The position numbers and the translations under genes are program-made. From NCBI GenBank assembly GCA_965248575.1, contig CBDFJQ010000002.1, positions 3,929,375 through 3,993,374 on the forward strand: a stretch of DNA of 64,000 nt. Direction: 5' to 3'. The first letter of the stretch is position 1. Every line of letters begins with the position of its first letter. The stretch is from Planctomycetota bacterium (GTDB lineage Bacteria; Planctomycetota; B15-G4). This document shows, in pieces, positions 45,991 through 55,577 of this stretch. The notes beneath the pieces were generated by a model. The model worked only from the letters and a program-made list of their open reading frames with translations. It was not told the DNA's origin and ran no database searches.

Positions 45991-46075
45991 GGTCGGAGGG
46001 CCCGTGATGCTCCGAGGTTGGCTTGCATAGCAAGTCGGTGCTGTGGGCTGATCTTGTTGGCCGCTGGCCCTTCCC

Positions 46076-47371
46076 TCAGCCCTCGCCAATCGTCAGTGCG
46101 ATCGCCTCCGAGTACGCCTCCGCGACCAGCGGTCCGCTCAAGGGGAAGGCGATGAACTGCACGTACACCTGATAGCCCACCGGGAGGCCGGGGGGCAGCG
46201 CCGCCGGGAGCACGTTGCAACCTGGGCCCATGGAGCCGAAGAACATGATCACCCCGGGGCTGATGAACGGGTCCACGAGCCACTCAGCCCCGAGTCCGAG
46301 CAGCGGCGGGCAGATGTAGCCCGACGGCACGGCGGTGTTGCTGTTGGCCACGCCCACCACCCAGGTGTCTGGCGGCACGTTGTGCACCTCGAGACCGAAG
46401 CCCGGGCTGGGGGAGACGCTCGATCCGAAGGCGTCCACGTGCATGTCGCCAAGTTCCGGAACCCAGTTGGACATGTTCACCCCGTGCAGATTCATCGCCA
46501 GGCCCTGGGACTCGTTGCCCGGGAAGGCGGCGGTGGTGCAGTCGATGGGGTGATGGAAGGGCGTGTCGAATCCCGAAGGCACATTCATGTAGGCGAGGCC
46601 GTTTCCGTCCGTCACGACGATGGAGTCCGGCGTGCCGTCCACGGCATTGGGAGTGGTGACGTCGTAGGCGATGCCGGTCAGTGGCGGCACAACGCAGGCG
46701 GGAGCCGTCAACCAACTCACCGTGCAGCCCGGCATGTCGATGAAGTAGACGGCCCCGAAGTCGTCGCATGCGAAGAGACCCTGGCCGAAGACTGTCCCGG
46801 TGTTCCACGCCACGTCCGTGATGGTCGCGCCGGGCACCGTGTCAGCCACGACGCAGGGCGGCACGAGCACGCTTACCGAGCACGGGCCGTAGCCGAGGCC
46901 CGCGATGGACGTGCCGTCCGTGACCCACAGGGTTGGCGTGCCGCTCGTGAGCGAGCCCGAGGCGTCCAGACCCATGCCCGTGAGGGGGCCCATGCCGAGC
47001 GAGGCTGGTACCTCGAAGGCGCTCAGGGCCGTGCACGGCGCCGGGCTTCCGCAGGGCGTGTCCCCGACGAACTCGTAGACCACCAGACCGTCCGTCACGA
47101 GCACCGTGTCGTTCACGCGGTCGGCCGCGACATCGCCGAGCAGGCTGCCCGGGGGCACCCCACCCAGCGACGGCACGCCGCAGGCGGAGGCAGCGAGGGA
47201 GCACGTCTCGTAGAACGGCCAGGGCCCCGGGCAGCCGGGGTAGGGTGTCAGCTCCAGCAGCTCCCGCTGTACGAGGTCGACGCCGTAGTAGCGCTGGGCA
47301 TGGGCATTCGGGGCGGCCAGGCCGAGGAGCAGGGCTCCGAGAGAGGCCATGAGGGTGGGGCGGGACAGCAT
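46076..47371 (-). CDS. secreted hypothetical protein, Pro/Gly/Thr-rich
   Basis: Signal peptide MLSRPTLMASLGALLLGLAAPNAHAQ; long frame; no recognised motif. Confidence 0.55.
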   Translation of the reverse strand: MLSRPTLMASLGALLLGLAAPNAHAQRYYGVDLVQRELLELTPYPGCPGPWPFYETCSLAASACGVPSLGGVPPGSLLGDVAADRVNDTVLVTDGLVVYEFVGDTPCGSPAPCTALSAFEVPASLGMGPLTGMGLDASGSLTSGTPTLWVTDGTSIAGLGYGPCSVSVLVPPCVVADTVPGATITDVAWNTGTVFGQGLFACDDFGAVYFIDMPGCTVSWLTAPACVVPPLTGIAYDVTTPNAVDGTPDSIVVTDGNGLAYMNVPSGFDTPFHHPIDCTTAAFPGNESQGLAMNLHGVNMSNWVPELGDMHVDAFGSSVSPSPGFGLEVHNVPPDTWVVGVANSNTAVPSGYICPPLLGLGAEWLVDPFISPGVIMFFGSMGPGCNVLPAALPPGLPVGYQVYVQFIAFPLSGPLVAEAYSEAIALTIGEG

Positions 47372-47597
47372 GGGAGGTCTCCAGTCGGGCGCGCGACCAG
47401 CGCGTCTGTCTTCCTGGTGACCGGGAGCGGCGACAGCTGGACAGGAAAATCCGAGTGGCGTAGCGGCACCGACCGGCGATTGCACGCCTCCTGCTCCAGT
47501 ACGGTGCAAGTTACCGTGCAGCATGCGACTCTTCCGGCAAGGACAGCACTCGATGAGATTCAGAATGAGAAATCTGGCCACGGCTTGGAAGAAGGCC

Positions 47598-48095
47598 ATG
47601 AGGCGAGCGCCCGAGCGCGTGGCGCCATGCAGCCCAGCCCTCGCGGCCCTTGCTCTGCTCTTGGTCGCCTGCGGGAGTTCCGCTGGAACGAGGTCCCCCA
47701 GCGTCGAGTTCCTGACGTCCGAAGAGACACTTTCGCTTTCTCTGCCATTCTCGGACGCCGTTCGAGTCGGCCACCTGCTGTTTGTCTCTGGTCAGGTCGG
47801 CAATCTGCCCGGGTCCCTGGATCTGGCTTCGGGCGGAATGCAGGCAGAGGCGCGGCAAGCACTCGAGAACATCCGCTCGATCCTGGTGCGAAGTGGCTCA
47901 AGCATGGATCGCGTGGTCAAGTGCACCGTCTTCCTCGCGGACATGGCGGACTGGCCGGACTTCAACACGGTCTACCTCGAGTTCTTTCCGGACCACCCGC
48001 CAGCGCGCAGTGCGCTCGGTGCCAACGGGCTGGCGCTCGGAGCGCGTGTCGAGATCGAGTGCATCGCGGTTTGCGACGAGCAAGACCTCCAGTGA
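47598..48095 (+). CDS. RidA/YjgF-family protein with lipoprotein signal
   Basis: Lipobox LLLVACGSS; ...VGHLLFVSGQVG...VKCTVFLADMADWPDFNTVYLEFFPDHPPARSALGANGLALGARVEIECIAV is the RidA signature region. Confidence 0.75.
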   Translation: MRRAPERVAPCSPALAALALLLVACGSSAGTRSPSVEFLTSEETLSLSLPFSDAVRVGHLLFVSGQVGNLPGSLDLASGGMQAEARQALENIRSILVRSGSSMDRVVKCTVFLADMADWPDFNTVYLEFFPDHPPARSALGANGLALGARVEIECIAVCDEQDLQ

Positions 48096-48153
48096 AGACA
48101 CCGAGTGAGAGATCGGTCCGGCAGCTGATCGACACGCCCCCAGCAGGGAGGAT

Positions 48154-48531
48154 GTGATGCGGGATGCAGCCCAACGATCGACCACCGACCCGGTGCTCTG
48201 GGCCTGCGCGTTGATTCCGGCCGCAGGTCTGTTCGCTTTCTACAGCTTTGTCGCGCGGGCGCGCCTCGCGCTGGGGGTTTGGCCGCAGCCGTACCGGCCC
48301 GACCCGAAGGACCTGGGGTTCGTGCTCCACCACGAGCTCGTCTGGTTGCTCTTGGGGGCGGCACTCCTCTCGCCCGTGGCGTTGGGCCTGAGTCTTCTTC
48401 TACGTCGCACGGCGCTGCTACGGGGGAGGCCAGTGCGCCGCGCGCTCTCCGTGTTTGCCGTCGGCTATCTGCTCGTGTGTTTCGCCCTGGTCAAAGATCC
48501 GGGGGCGTTTCTGGAGTGGCTCGCTGACTGA
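48154..48531 (+). CDS. hypothetical membrane protein
   Basis: 125-aa ORF with 3-4 hydrophobic segments. Confidence 0.45.
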   Translation: MMRDAAQRSTTDPVLWACALIPAAGLFAFYSFVARARLALGVWPQPYRPDPKDLGFVLHHELVWLLLGAALLSPVALGLSLLLRRTALLRGRPVRRALSVFAVGYLLVCFALVKDPGAFLEWLAD

Positions 48532-48770
48532 CGCCATGAGAAGGTCGGCAACGCGTCCTCGACGCTGGCGGGCCGTCGAGCAACCCTCGGCCTCGAAGAG
48601 TGAACCGTGCAGTCCATCAATCTCATCCGAGAGCCAGGCAAGAGCGAACATCGGTACACGACTCCGCTTGTTTGCGAGTGGCGATCGCAGCAGAATCGAG
48701 GTCAGGAGTCGCTATCGCCAGGCCTTGGGGCGTCTCTGGGCATTGCGGATCGACGTGGAGCGTGGGTGGC

Positions 48771-49361
48771 ATGAAGACGTTGTTGACCCTCATCGCGCTG
48801 GCGTTGCTCGGCGCCTTTCTCGTGCTCGGATCCATCTCGGACAAGCGGGTCCCTCCGGGCAGCCTGGTCCGACCGGGCGGGCTGGACCCTTCGGGAGGTC
48901 CAGCCTTCGAGGTGTACGTCGTGAAGCCCCGCGTGAACCGACCCTTTGCAGGGCTGCTCCCAGACGGCATCTTCGGACTTCCTTCCAGCGAGCTGCGTTT
49001 CGATCACACGGGCCTTGGCGCCGAGATCCGCCGCGTTGAAGAGGATCGCCTCGAGCTCAGCGGGAATGGTTGGGAACTGCTGATCGAGACGGACGGCGAA
49101 GGGAGGGTCGCTCCAGGAACGCGCATCGTGTTCCCGTTGGAGCTCGGGGGTCAGCAGCGCATCCTGCGCTGTCGACCTGAAGCGCTGGCCTCCGCCGAAC
49201 TCATCATTACGACGCGGGAGGACTCGGACGAACTCGACGGGAGCTTCCTGGTCGAATTCGCCAGCTGCGAGATTGCGGAGTCGCAGAAGGCCATCGAGTG
49301 GCCGTCGGCGCCGCTCACCGTCCACGGGAGCTTCGTGGGGGCGTCGAGCGTGTCACGATGA
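48771..49361 (+). CDS. hypothetical protein with N-terminal membrane anchor
   Basis: ATG 48771 (MKTLLTLIALALLGAFLVLGS); stop overlaps next start (ATGA). Confidence 0.5.
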   Translation: MKTLLTLIALALLGAFLVLGSISDKRVPPGSLVRPGGLDPSGGPAFEVYVVKPRVNRPFAGLLPDGIFGLPSSELRFDHTGLGAEIRRVEEDRLELSGNGWELLIETDGEGRVAPGTRIVFPLELGGQQRILRCRPEALASAELIITTREDSDELDGSFLVEFASCEIAESQKAIEWPSAPLTVHGSFVGASSVSR

Positions 49362-49909
49362 CAAACAACGGATTCCTGAAGAGGCACGGCGTCGTGCGGA
49401 GCTCCATCAAGAAAGACCTGCTGCAGTTCGCGTTGCCTGGAATGACCCTCTTCATCATCGAGCTGCAGTTCTGCGGACGAGAGAGTCTGAGGGGGTTCTG
49501 GGGGACTCTCTGGGGGCTGATCACACATCCGGCAACCCTGCTCGAGTTTCCGGTGCACGGCCTCATCGGGCTGGGTCTCTTCGTTGCGGGGCTGTCCACC
49601 ATGCTGGTGGGCCAGATCACGCTCTGGAGGAACTATTCAGGCACCGTGCTGATTCGAAAGGACCACCGGCTCATCGCGCACGGCATCTACCGCTTCACCC
49701 GGAACCCCATCTATCTCGGCCTCATCATGGGCCTCCTGGGTCTGCCTGTTTACGCAGCAAGCCTGTATGGGTTCTTGACTGCCTTGGTCCTCATCCCGGT
49801 CATCCTCAACAGGGTCAGGTTGGAAGAGGAGTTGCTGGGCGAGGAGTTTCAACAGGCGTATCAGGAGTACATGAAGAGAACCAAGAGGCTGATTCCCTTC
49901 ATCTATTAG
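49358..49909 (+). CDS. isoprenylcysteine carboxyl methyltransferase-family membrane methyltransferase
   Basis: ...LIAHGIYRFTRNPIYLGLIMGLLGLP... and C-terminal ...EEELLGEEFQQAYQEYMKRTKRLIPFIY match the ICMT/PEMT family. Confidence 0.7.
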   Translation: MTNNGFLKRHGVVRSSIKKDLLQFALPGMTLFIIELQFCGRESLRGFWGTLWGLITHPATLLEFPVHGLIGLGLFVAGLSTMLVGQITLWRNYSGTVLIRKDHRLIAHGIYRFTRNPIYLGLIMGLLGLPVYAASLYGFLTALVLIPVILNRVRLEEELLGEEFQQAYQEYMKRTKRLIPFIY

Positions 49910-49935
49910 AGGTGTGGCGCGGGTGGTCCTGGAGA

Positions 49936-50493
49936 ATGGCAATGACTGATCGACGGGTAGCACTGCTCCGCGGAATCAATGTCGGCAAGGCGAAGCGCAT
50001 TGCGATGGCGGATCTCAGGGAGCTTTTCGCCGAGCTGGGCTACCTCGACGTCCGGACGCTGCTGAACAGCGGCAACGTCGTCTTCACCGTGGCCAAGAAG
50101 CGTGCTGGCGACGAGAGCGCCCGGATCGAGAAGGCGATCGCCGATCAGTTGGGCGTCGAGACGAAGGTGACGGTGCTCACGGGGAAGGAAGTCGCAGAGG
50201 CGGTGCGCAAGAACCCGCTGAACGATGTCGCGGACAACCCGTCGCGCCTCTTGATCATGGCACTGCGAGACTCGAAGACCGGTGCGAAGATCAAGCCACT
50301 GCTCAAGCAGAGCTGGGCGCCGGAGGCCTTGGAGGTTGGGAAGCGTTTCGCGTACTTGTGGTGCCCGAACGGCATCCTCGACAGTCGGCTCGGTCCTGCC
50401 GTGAACCGACTCGCTGGCAACGCCGGCACGTCACGGAACCTCAAGACGATGGAGAAGCTCCTGGCCCTGGTCGAAGGCGCAGAGGGCCGGTAG
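49936..50493 (+). CDS. DUF1697-family protein
   Basis: MAMTDRRVALLRGINVGKAKRIAMADLRELFAELGYLDVRTLLNSGNVVF is the characteristic DUF1697 N-terminus. Confidence 0.7.
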   Translation: MAMTDRRVALLRGINVGKAKRIAMADLRELFAELGYLDVRTLLNSGNVVFTVAKKRAGDESARIEKAIADQLGVETKVTVLTGKEVAEAVRKNPLNDVADNPSRLLIMALRDSKTGAKIKPLLKQSWAPEALEVGKRFAYLWCPNGILDSRLGPAVNRLAGNAGTSRNLKTMEKLLALVEGAEGR

Positions 50494-50632
50494 ACCGACA
50501 CCCGTTAGACTGGGGCACTCAGTGGTCGGCGCGGGCGGCTGAGTCGTGAGCACACTGAGCGCATGAAGCTGGCTGGGTTTGTGAGCAACGATCCCATCAC
50601 GAGGGGGCTCAACCATCGAGAAGACCCGACTT

Positions 50633-51043
50633 GTGCACTTCATCCTCTACGTCCAGGACCAACAGCGAAGCGCCCAGTTCTACGCGCTCGCCCTGGCTGC
50701 AAAACCGGCCCTGGATGTCCCTGGCATGACCCAGTTCGAATTGCCGGGGGACGCGTTGCTCGGCTTGATGCCAGAGGCTGGGGTCAGGCGCTTGCTGGGC
50801 GATGTTCTCCCTGACCCTGCAAATGCCAACGCTGCTCCGCGTGCTGAGCTCTACCTGGTCGTGCCCGACCCCATGACCGCGCTCCAACGGGCTGTTGATG
50901 GAGGGGCCAGGCTCTTGAGCGAGGTCCAGCCACGAGACTGGGGACACGCAGCGGGTTATTGCCTGGACCCTGATGGGCACGTCTTGGCGTTTGCAGCTGA
51001 GCTTGCTTCTACACAAGACGTGCTTGCTGAAGATGCTTGCTGA
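50633..51043 (+). CDS. VOC-family (glyoxalase-like) protein
   Basis: GTG start; ...ELYLVVPDPMTALQRAVDGGARLLSEVQPRDWGHAAGYCLDPDGHVLAF resembles the VOC fold C-terminal module. Confidence 0.55.
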   Translation: MHFILYVQDQQRSAQFYALALAAKPALDVPGMTQFELPGDALLGLMPEAGVRRLLGDVLPDPANANAAPRAELYLVVPDPMTALQRAVDGGARLLSEVQPRDWGHAAGYCLDPDGHVLAFAAELASTQDVLAEDAC

Positions 51044-51172
51044 AGCGCTCGACAGCGCTCGTTGGCGCGGATGTGATGGCTGCCGGCCTTCCGGGAACGA
51101 CCTTCGCGGAGTGCCGTAGACTGGGGCCAGTGTGCGCTGGCACCGTGCTGTGATTGACGAGCGGAGAACCCC

Positions 51173-51586
51173 ATGACCCTGGCGTACGAAGAACGCATCC
51201 GACTCGCCAACGACGAGCTCATCAGCAAGGGCAGGCTCGCGATGGTGGGGGAGATCTTTGCACCCGACTACATCCTGCACTCCGGTGGCAAGCGGGCCAC
51301 GGGCACCGACTTCGTGAAGCGCTTCATTCGCCAGCTTCGTGTGGCGCTGCCGGATGTGCGCGTCGAGAAGGTGGAGTTCTTCCTGCGGCACGGGAAGACG
51401 GTGGCCTGGGAGCGAACCTTGAGCGGCACGCATGCGAAACCCCTGAAGGGGATCCCGGCCAGCGGGAATCGGGTGGAATGGCGGGACATGATGGTCTCGC
51501 GCTTCGAGGGCGAGAAGATCGCCGAGGAATGGTCTGTCTCCGAGCTGGCGGGGCAGTTGCTCCTCGCGCTTCCACGGGTCAAATGA
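51173..51586 (+). CDS. SnoaL-like ester cyclase / NTF2-fold protein
   Basis: ...GEIFAPDYILHSG...GIPASGNRVEWRDMMVSRFEGEKIAEEWSVSE matches the SnoaL-like pattern. Confidence 0.7.
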   Translation: MTLAYEERIRLANDELISKGRLAMVGEIFAPDYILHSGGKRATGTDFVKRFIRQLRVALPDVRVEKVEFFLRHGKTVAWERTLSGTHAKPLKGIPASGNRVEWRDMMVSRFEGEKIAEEWSVSELAGQLLLALPRVK

Positions 51587-51832
51587 CTCAGCGACAATTT
51601 GCCAGTGATCTCTCGGGGCGCCTCTCAAGGCGGGGGCTAGGCCCCCGATCCGGCTCTCTGGGGACATTCTGGGCATTCTCCGAACAGTTGGACGCTCGGG
51701 TGGCTTGTTGCTGAGGTTGGCTGATCGGGCATCTCGGAGTAATATCCTCTGCCGCACATGTGCTGCTGCACTGCGAGCATCAGGGGTGTTCGCGCCATCC
51801 GGTCGCCGGGCAGGTCGACTGGAACCCTCTCC

Positions 51833-52270
51833 ATGGACATTTTTGTGCTGACCTGCCGCACCCTTGCCTGGTTGCTCATCGGGGCACTTCTCGTGCCCGC
51901 TCCGATGGTCATGCATGGCCTCCCGACTTGGGGACAGGTCGGCTTGGGTTCGTCGAGCAGCGCGACTGCGGACGCCTGCAACTGCGAGATTCCGCCGGAC
52001 GCCGTCTGCTGCTCGAGTGATGAGCAGTTGATCACTCCAGCGCAATCCGTCCCCTCCAGCGTGCAAATGCTGGTGGGTTGCGGTTGCGGCTGCGGTTCTG
52101 CTGGAGAAGGAAGCGCCGTCCTGCCGGATCCACTCGGCCGTCTGCAATTCGTTGTGGGCATCACTCACGATTCGCTTCTGGTGCCGCTTCCGCGCGCACA
52201 CGGAATCGGGGAAGACCCGAAGGAACATCGCGATGGACCGGAACCGCCTCCTCCCCGATGCGCGATTTGA
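51833..52270 (+). CDS. hypothetical Cys-rich protein
   Basis: ATG 51833 (MDIFVLTCRTLAWLLIGALLVPAP...) followed by CNCEIPPDAVCCSSDEQ and VGCGCGCGSAGEG; weak coding evidence. Confidence 0.3.
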   Translation: MDIFVLTCRTLAWLLIGALLVPAPMVMHGLPTWGQVGLGSSSSATADACNCEIPPDAVCCSSDEQLITPAQSVPSSVQMLVGCGCGCGSAGEGSAVLPDPLGRLQFVVGITHDSLLVPLPRAHGIGEDPKEHRDGPEPPPPRCAI

Positions 52271-52516
52271 TCTGGAGCGGCAATCGGTCCCAGCTTGAGT
52301 GAAGGCTGAGGCACCGCTCGCTCGACGTGCACTGTTTCGTGCACGCCGTGTGTCGCTGCCCCCGCGATTCCGCGAAGCGCCAGCAGTCCTCAGTGTTGAG
52401 AACGCCCGCGCTCGCAACCGGTGCGATGTGAACTTTTTCCGGTCGCGCCCCAAATCTGCACATCACCGTTTCATAGCGGTCATCTCAGTACTTTCATCTT
52501 TCCTAGGAACAACACC

Positions 52517-52936
52517 ATGAAGATCATTCTCAGTGCCGCAGTTCTTCTCTTCGCCATGTCCACGGCCAGCGTCGCTTCCGTGGGAGCCATTTCTGGCACC
52601 GCCGCTGGCGTGTTGGAGTCGGTCGCCATTCTTCAGCACGAGTGGCTTCACGATGAGTACGGATCATCCTTCGGGTCACACGGCTTGGAAGAGGCGGCCA
52701 CGGATCTCTACGCGGGCCTTCTCGATTGGGAAGCGGGCGGGCTCACGACCGAGGCCGATCTGTTCGGCTTCAAGGTCGTGCTCGACAACGCCTACTTGAG
52801 CTACACCCAGAGCATCGCTCTTGCGGGTGTGCTCGGCCAGGGCGATGCCACGGCCGACCTGTACGACAAGGTGATCGGCAACATGTTCTTGCGCTTGAGC
52901 TTCAGCCTGAACAACCTGGATCCCTTCGGTACCTGA
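52517..52936 (+). CDS. small secreted hypothetical protein
   Basis: ATG 52517; signal peptide MKIILSAAVLLFAMSTASVASVGA; composition less GC-skewed than neighbours. Confidence 0.5.
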   Translation: MKIILSAAVLLFAMSTASVASVGAISGTAAGVLESVAILQHEWLHDEYGSSFGSHGLEEAATDLYAGLLDWEAGGLTTEADLFGFKVVLDNAYLSYTQSIALAGVLGQGDATADLYDKVIGNMFLRLSFSLNNLDPFGT

Positions 52937-53095
52937 GAAACCCGAAGCATCCGATGTCTTGAGTAACCCCGGAGCCCGGGTCGGAAAGTCTGCTTTCCGG
53001 CCCGGGCTTCGACTGTCTTGTCGGCGCTCCCGCTGGCAAGCTGTCGCCGTCGTGCACGACCACTTCGAACGCCTGGCCTGGGTGAGGGAACGCCT

Positions 53096-53524
53096 GTGTT
53101 ACGTGAGTACCAAGCCCCGGATCTAGAGCCTCTCCTCAACACCTGGGCGGCCGCTTCGACGCAGGCGCATCCGTTCCTCACGGCCGAGTTTCAGGCCCAG
53201 GAGCGCCTCAACATCCCGAACCTCTATCTTCCGAACGCGGAAACCTGGGTCTGGGAGGAGCAGGGTCGCGTCGTGGCCTTCATCGCACTTCTGGGAGATG
53301 AGGTCGGAGCGCTCTTCGTGGATCCCGCGCAGCAGCGAAAGGGCATTGGTCGTGCCTTGATGGACCACGCGCAGTCCTTGCGAGGCCAGCTCGAAGTGGA
53401 GGTGTTCAAGGAGAACGCACTCGGTCGGAGCTTCTATGCGAGCTACGGGTTCGAGCTGATGCATGAGAATCTCCACGAACCGACGGGGCAGCAGGTCCTG
53501 CGGCTGCGGTTCTCGGAGACCTGA
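53096..53524 (+). CDS. GNAT-family N-acetyltransferase
   Basis: GTG start; ...VAFIALLGDEVGALFVDPAQQRKGIGRALMDHA...FYASYGFEL is the GNAT acetyl-CoA-binding core (Q/R-x-x-G-x-G/A). Confidence 0.7.
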   Translation: MLREYQAPDLEPLLNTWAAASTQAHPFLTAEFQAQERLNIPNLYLPNAETWVWEEQGRVVAFIALLGDEVGALFVDPAQQRKGIGRALMDHAQSLRGQLEVEVFKENALGRSFYASYGFELMHENLHEPTGQQVLRLRFSET

Positions 53525-53749
53525 TGGGTGCCGAACAGCAGGCGTCCGGCACCGCGTCCTGGAGGTCTCGCTGGTGAAGGGTGGGCACGGCTCAAGCACC
53601 GAGCGGAACGGGAACAGCGGCCGTTCGAGAGGTGTTATCTTCGAGGCCAAGGGCACGGTGATGGAAAAGGAGCGGGCTGCCCTCAGCGATGGGTCAACGT
53701 GGTTGCACCTGTCGGTCATCGAAGTCGCTCCCCGAGCGAGAAGAGGGCC

Positions 53750-54274
53750 ATGCACACGGCTGGACGTTTCATCCGTCTCCTGGTTTCGGCGACTTGTCTG
53801 GTCGCGCTAGGGGCCAATGCACTCGTGGCCATCCCAGCGCTGAAGGCCGAGCGCATCACGCTTGAGAGCCGGGGGGACAACGGCCCTTACGGCAAGAGCG
53901 CCTACAGCTTCCGGTATCGCAGCCAGAAGCTTGAGGGCCATCGAAATTAGGTCGACCTCGTCTTCAACGGCTGTGGCAACGTGCACATCTTGAGCGGTGG
54001 TGCGACCAATCGGGTCGCCGAGGTGGAAGGCAAGAAGCTGGAGAAGGTGAGCGAGCTTCCATCCAGCGGATGGTTGACCAGGTGTTTCACGCCGCGAAAG
54101 TCAGCGCTGTACGTGATGCAGATCGAAGACGAGCAGCAGAAGTTCGCCGTCAAGTTCCGCGTCGTGGAGGCCAAGCCCAGCAAGGTGGTTTTGGAATGGT
54201 TGCCGTTCACGGAAGAGCCCAAGGACGAGCGCGGAACGCAGGGGCAATGTGGTGGTGCCCATGAGTGTTCCTGA
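53750..54274 (+). pseudogene. secreted protein gene interrupted by a single in-frame TAG (53948-53950), or two adjacent small ORFs
   Basis: ATG 53750 (signal-like MHTAGRFIRLLVSATCLVALGANALVA) reads to TAG at 53948; the same frame continues as VDLVFNGCGNVHILSGG... to the stop at 54272-54274 (track ORF 53981..54274). Confidence 0.3.
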
Positions 54275-54321
54275 GCGCCATGACCACGGCCTGCTCTGGC
54301 GCTGGCGCAGGGTGCAGAACA

Positions 54322-54702
54322 ATGACTGAGCCGCTGAGCCTTGCCGGACGAATCGCTAGCGTGAGATGCGCACTCCACGGCGTCTGGCATGTGCTCAAGT
54401 CGCAGCACAATGCCTGGATTCATGCCGCGGCGACGCTCGCTGTGCTCGGGCTGGGTCTGGGGCTCGGCCTCGGGGCTCTTGAATGGGCGTTGATGCTCAT
54501 GGCCATCGCGTCGGTCTGGGCTGCGGAGGCCTTCAACACGGCCGTGGAGCTTCTCGCGGATGTCGTCTCGCCAGACGTTCACCCCGTCATCGGGAAAGCC
54601 AAGGATGTCGCAGCCGGCGCGGTTCTCATCACGGTCCTGGGCGCGGTTGCCGTAGGTGTGTTCGTGTTGGGCCCTCACGTCCAGCTTGCGCTGGGCGCTT
54701 GA
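54322..54702 (+). CDS. dgkA: diacylglycerol kinase (DgkA family)
   Basis: ...NAWIHAAATLAVLGLGL...LEWALMLMAIASVWAAEAFNTAVELLADVVSPDVHPVIGKAKDVAAGAVLI is the conserved DgkA core. Confidence 0.75.
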   Translation: MTEPLSLAGRIASVRCALHGVWHVLKSQHNAWIHAAATLAVLGLGLGLGLGALEWALMLMAIASVWAAEAFNTAVELLADVVSPDVHPVIGKAKDVAAGAVLITVLGAVAVGVFVLGPHVQLALGA

Positions 54703-54706
54703 AGTC

Positions 54707-55036
54707 ATGACGGCGCACCCGACAACTCAACTGTTGCAGCACTTCCTTGCTGCCCTTGCCTACCGCACGCAGAAAGCGGTTCGCGATGCGCCTGTGTCCT
54801 ACCCCGAGTTCCGTATCGCGGCCAACGTCCGGACACCTCATGAGCTCATCTGGCACATGACGGGCGTCATCGGCTACGCCGCCAGCTTGTTCCGTGGCGA
54901 GCCCATGCGTCCGGATCAGCTCGGGTCGTTCCAAGCGGAGCTCCAGCGTTTCCACGCAACCCTCGAGGCGCTCGCGCAGCTGTTGGAAACCCAGGAGCTT
55001 CCCGAGCGGACGACAGCCAAGCAGGTGCAGGGATGA
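54707..55036 (+). CDS. hypothetical protein
   Basis: ATG 54707, 4 nt after the dgkA stop; followed by an ATGA-overlapping 31-codon hydrophobic mini-ORF (55033..55128) that I do not call. Confidence 0.45.
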   Translation: MTAHPTTQLLQHFLAALAYRTQKAVRDAPVSYPEFRIAANVRTPHELIWHMTGVIGYAASLFRGEPMRPDQLGSFQAELQRFHATLEALAQLLETQELPERTTAKQVQG

Positions 55037-55577
55037 AGTCCTGGATCTGGATGATCGGCCTGGCGGTCGTGAGCCTGGGCTTTGGTGCCCTGTGCGTCTG
55101 GATGGGCAGCGCCATGCAACAGGTCTAGGCCCTGCCCTCGTGGCTGAAGCACGACGAGGTCAACGGAACCCAAGAGCTGTTCATGTTCGCCTGGGCGTTT
55201 GCTGTCGGCGTCGGTGCGCATCGCGCGACCTCGACCAAGAAGAGCTGAGGTGCGCGCTCACCCCGCTGGGGGCTGATCGCAGACCACCGCGGTCAACCTG
55301 GGAGGGTCTGGTGTGTTGTCACCAGGGAAGGGCGCGAAGGGGTTTCCCGCGTCAAAAGCGAAAAAGTCGGCGCACGGGGTATCGAGGGGCGAACGGGCCT
55401 TCCCCGCGGCCCATGTCGCAGTCCGGTTCAGAACCCCATTCCCCCGCTGCAGCGAACCGCACGCCATGCAGGCGCGGGGGGCGGACGGCGTCAAGCTGCC
55501 GGAGCACACCTCCGATGAGGGGAGGCGCGGACGCGGGGGCTCAAGGGCCTCTTCGTCCGACCTGACCGGAGACTCAC

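Noticed and set aside
50609-52453. 614-aa minus-strand ORF
   Set aside because: Overlaps several better-supported plus-strand genes (VOC, SnoaL-like and others); Arg/Ala/Gly/Pro-rich low-complexity translation; no motifs.
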